Below are positions 61,882-64,000 of a stretch of 64,000 bases of DNA, piece after piece. Origin of the DNA: an uncultured virus (IMG/VR IMGVR_UViG_2540341072_000002) (taxonomy: Duplodnaviria; Heunggongvirae; Uroviricota; Caudoviricetes); the IMG/VR virus record IMGVR_UViG_2540341072_000002. The stretch is one strand, 5' to 3'. The notes below the pieces were generated by a model. The model had not been told where the DNA came from. It made no database searches and was given only the letters and a program-made list of their open reading frames with translations. Position 1 is the stretch's first letter. Each line of letters starts with the position of its first letter. The position numbers and the translations under genes are program-made.

Positions 61882-62415
61882 TTATCCATGATTCAGTTCA
61901 AATTCTTCTCTTGTCATCCCAAAGCAAATACCATCATAATAGGCACCTTTAGTGAAAATGATCTTTCTTAGTTGTCCCTCTTTCATGAAACCTAATTTTT
62001 CATGTAATCGTATGGATGGATTATTAAAAGAATAAACAGTTGTATTTACTTTTTGATAAGCAAGTTCCAAAAAGAAAAAGCGAAGAACCATCAAGATCAT
62101 TTCTTTGGCAAATCCTTTGCCCCTATATGGCTCGAATACAGCCAAATAATAACCGAAGGTACCATTTTTCCTATCACAGTCAAAGGTTTCAATCATACCT
62201 ACTATATTATTATCACTTTCAACTGCAATAAAACGGAATTCATCTTTTTCTAATTGTTCTTCTACCCATTCTCTCATGTTATTAGCTGAACGAGGAAAAT
62301 GTAGCGAGTCCATATTTCGCAGAATTTCATCATCTAACGAATCAAATATAACGATATCTTCAGGTTGAATTGCTCGCAGTGTAAGATTCTCCCCTGTCCA
62401 ATAAGTAACTGCCAT
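61882..62415 (-). CDS. yokL: GNAT (RimJ/RimL-like) acetyltransferase, 177 aa
   Basis: YRGKGFAKE and NNPSIRLHEKLGF motifs. Confidence 0.9.
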   Translation of the reverse strand: MAVTYWTGENLTLRAIQPEDIVIFDSLDDEILRNMDSLHFPRSANNMREWVEEQLEKDEFRFIAVESDNNIVGMIETFDCDRKNGTFGYYLAVFEPYRGKGFAKEMILMVLRFFFLELAYQKVNTTVYSFNNPSIRLHEKLGFMKEGQLRKIIFTKGAYYDGICFGMTREEFELNHG

Positions 62416-62450
62416 TTTAACTTTCCCTCCAGTTATTTCCATACGATTTC

Positions 62451-63029
62451 TTAACTGCTTAGTAAGTCATCATCTAATTCAATATACAGAATTCCATCAT
62501 CTTCTTTATCAGCTTCAATTGGTTCATCAACTAAACTGAAGACAAACTCCTCAAACGAATTGGCAATTAAGAAAAAGTCTTTGTCGGGATGACTTAATTC
62601 ATGATCCCAAAACAATATCTTTCCATTATCGATATCCATGCATATTTCATTCCCGCCTGCAGAGCTTGCGATAGGAATAATATTTCTAGGAAAGCGATCA
62701 GAATATGTATCGATTGCTTTCTGAAGACTGTTATGATCATTCGCTAAACCATAAAAACCTTCTAACAATTGTGTATCATCGCCCTTGCCCATCCATGGAT
62801 CTTTCTCTAAAGGTTTATAGCAAACGTCATACTCAATCTCATCTGTTGTTTTTTTACTTTCTAAATAACATCCTCCATATTTCTTCAAAAAGTCCTTATA
62901 ATCTGAAGGTAATTGATTGCCTATGTTCATTTCAAGCTCTTTGAGTTGTTCATTTGTATTAATGCTAGGATATCTGCCAGCATCAATCGTAAACTCTTTC
63001 AACTTTTGTTCGATCTTAGTGAAGCTCAT
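62451..63029 (-). CDS. yokK: SMI1/KNR4 (SUKH) immunity protein, 192 aa
   Basis: LPSDYKDFLKKYGG...IPIASSAGGNEICMD...IANSFEEF. Confidence 0.9.
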   Translation of the reverse strand: MSFTKIEQKLKEFTIDAGRYPSINTNEQLKELEMNIGNQLPSDYKDFLKKYGGCYLESKKTTDEIEYDVCYKPLEKDPWMGKGDDTQLLEGFYGLANDHNSLQKAIDTYSDRFPRNIIPIASSAGGNEICMDIDNGKILFWDHELSHPDKDFFLIANSFEEFVFSLVDEPIEADKEDDGILYIELDDDLLSS

Positions 63030-63092
63030 TTTAATACCCTCCGCATTGCACATCTTTAGCAATGAACAATTGCAATACTTTTGTTTAATAGA

Positions 63093-63590
63093 TTATTCAA
63101 TTTCTATGCCATCATATGCATCGCCTAGTGATACATAATCATCCCTTAACCAATACCAATGTTTACCCTTATTTTCAAGCAGTCGCTGTATTAAATCTGT
63201 AAATGAACTTGCTATCACCTGTGTTTCGCCGACTATTCCATGTCGATCAAAAAAACTGTCATAGCATTTTCCTTTTCGCTGATCGTTTAAGTCAATTGTT
63301 AGGTATTCTCCTTTTCCATCCGTGCAAACAATATACCACTCGGATGAAATGTCTTCTTCACAGAGCTCCCCAACAATAATGGGATTAGCTAATTCAAACT
63401 CAGCTGGTCGTACTATGTATATTGGATAATCCGCATTTTCATATAAAACTGCTCCACCACATTGTTCATAAAATTCACTAATATCTTTTGGTAGTTGATG
63501 CTTCTCGTCTATTACTGGGAGACCATCAGCTTCAAACAGCCGACAGTCTGATGTAGAAGCAATCTTCTTGATTAACATGTCAATGCTCAA
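63093..63590 (-). CDS. yokJ: SMI1/KNR4 immunity protein (antitoxin of YokI), 165 aa
   Basis: LPKDISEFYEQCGG...IASSFTDL; directly after the toxin. Confidence 0.9.
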   Translation of the reverse strand: MSIDMLIKKIASTSDCRLFEADGLPVIDEKHQLPKDISEFYEQCGGAVLYENADYPIYIVRPAEFELANPIIVGELCEEDISSEWYIVCTDGKGEYLTIDLNDQRKGKCYDSFFDRHGIVGETQVIASSFTDLIQRLLENKGKHWYWLRDDYVSLGDAYDGIEIE

Positions 63591-63598
63591 GTCCGCAC

Positions 63599-64000
63599 CT
63601 ACTTTCTAAAGTTGTATTGATTAAATGCGTTATAATATTGCTGTCTAGCTTCTTTAGGAACATTAGCAGCATCAAACATCTTCTCAGTAAGTTCTTGTAT
63701 TTCTCTGGGGGATACTTCTTTCCAGTTTACTTTGCCGCCAACTTTCTTCCCTGTTTTTTCGAACAACCATTCTCTATATACTTTCTTGGTAGCGTTGTGT
63801 TGTTCCTTAGTTAAAGCTACTGTTGGTGTGTTACTCCCTCTACTCACATAATTCGGAACATTGTGTTTAGCCCATACGTCCATTACACCGTGATGATTCT
63901 CTAAAGGACTGTTACTTGGTCTATAATCAACGACATCGAAAGGTTTTACTTCTTTATCTGACCCTTTAGCAAAACTCATTAGCTGATTTTTTAAGTTTTC
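63599..64000 (-). CDS. yokI: C-terminal HNH-type nuclease domain of the polymorphic (LXG) toxin YokI, 5' part outside the window
   Basis: ENHH...W...TPTVALTKEQHNAT Tox-SHH-like motif; frame open to the window edge; followed by SUKH genes. Confidence 0.85.
   Translation of the reverse strand, partial: ENLKNQLMSFAKGSDKEVKPFDVVDYRPSNSPLENHHGVMDVWAKHNVPNYVSRGSNTPTVALTKEQHNATKKVYREWLFEKTGKKVGGKVNWKEVSPREIQELTEKMFDAANVPKEARQQYYNAFNQYNFRK

Larger units (their letters stand above)
1..64000. mobile_element. Internal part of SPbeta (or very closely related Spbetavirus) prophage, yopF to yokI
   Basis: YonO RNA polymerase, terminase/portal/capsid/tail genes, CwlP, blyA-bhlAB, sublancin cluster, uvrX, bsrG and yokI-L occur in the SPbeta order; no att site or integrase gene end lies in the window. 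Confidence 0.97.

Overview
This window is about 64 kb of a large temperate Bacillus phage. Gene content and order match the SPbeta prophage of Bacillus subtilis 168, from yopF to yokI (recognised from memory of the proteins, not from a search). From left to right it holds: (1) a leftward accessory/early block (yop and yon genes, including RES-domain YopC, HEPN-like YopA, helicase-like YonV, the yonT/yoyJ/SR6 type I toxin-antitoxin locus and Xre regulator YonR); (2) a divergent control region, then the single-subunit RNA polymerase YonO and an HU-like protein; (3) a 1.7-kb ORF-poor, hairpin-dense interval; (4) the late packaging, head and tail operon, interrupted by morons and a tyrosine recombinase (YomM); (5) the tape measure/cell-wall hydrolase CwlP, tail tip and spike genes; (6) the lysis genes blyA-bhlAB; (7) the sublancin cluster; (8) SOS-controlled yolD-uvrX; (9) bsrG/SR4; and (10) the yokI toxin with its immunity genes. 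Two signals are not explained by gene annotation. The first is a dispersed family of about 28-bp intergenic sites with 11-6-11 tyrosine-recombinase (dif-like) geometry and core TAAAA-N6-TTTTAT, sitting at accessory-gene boundaries; with YomM this suggests a gene-cassette exchange system. The second is a roughly 1.65-kb highly structured candidate non-coding RNA between yonN and yonK, punctuated by anti-Shine-Dalgarno-like CU-rich linkers. All motif searching was by eye and concentrated on intergenic DNA, so counts are lower bounds.
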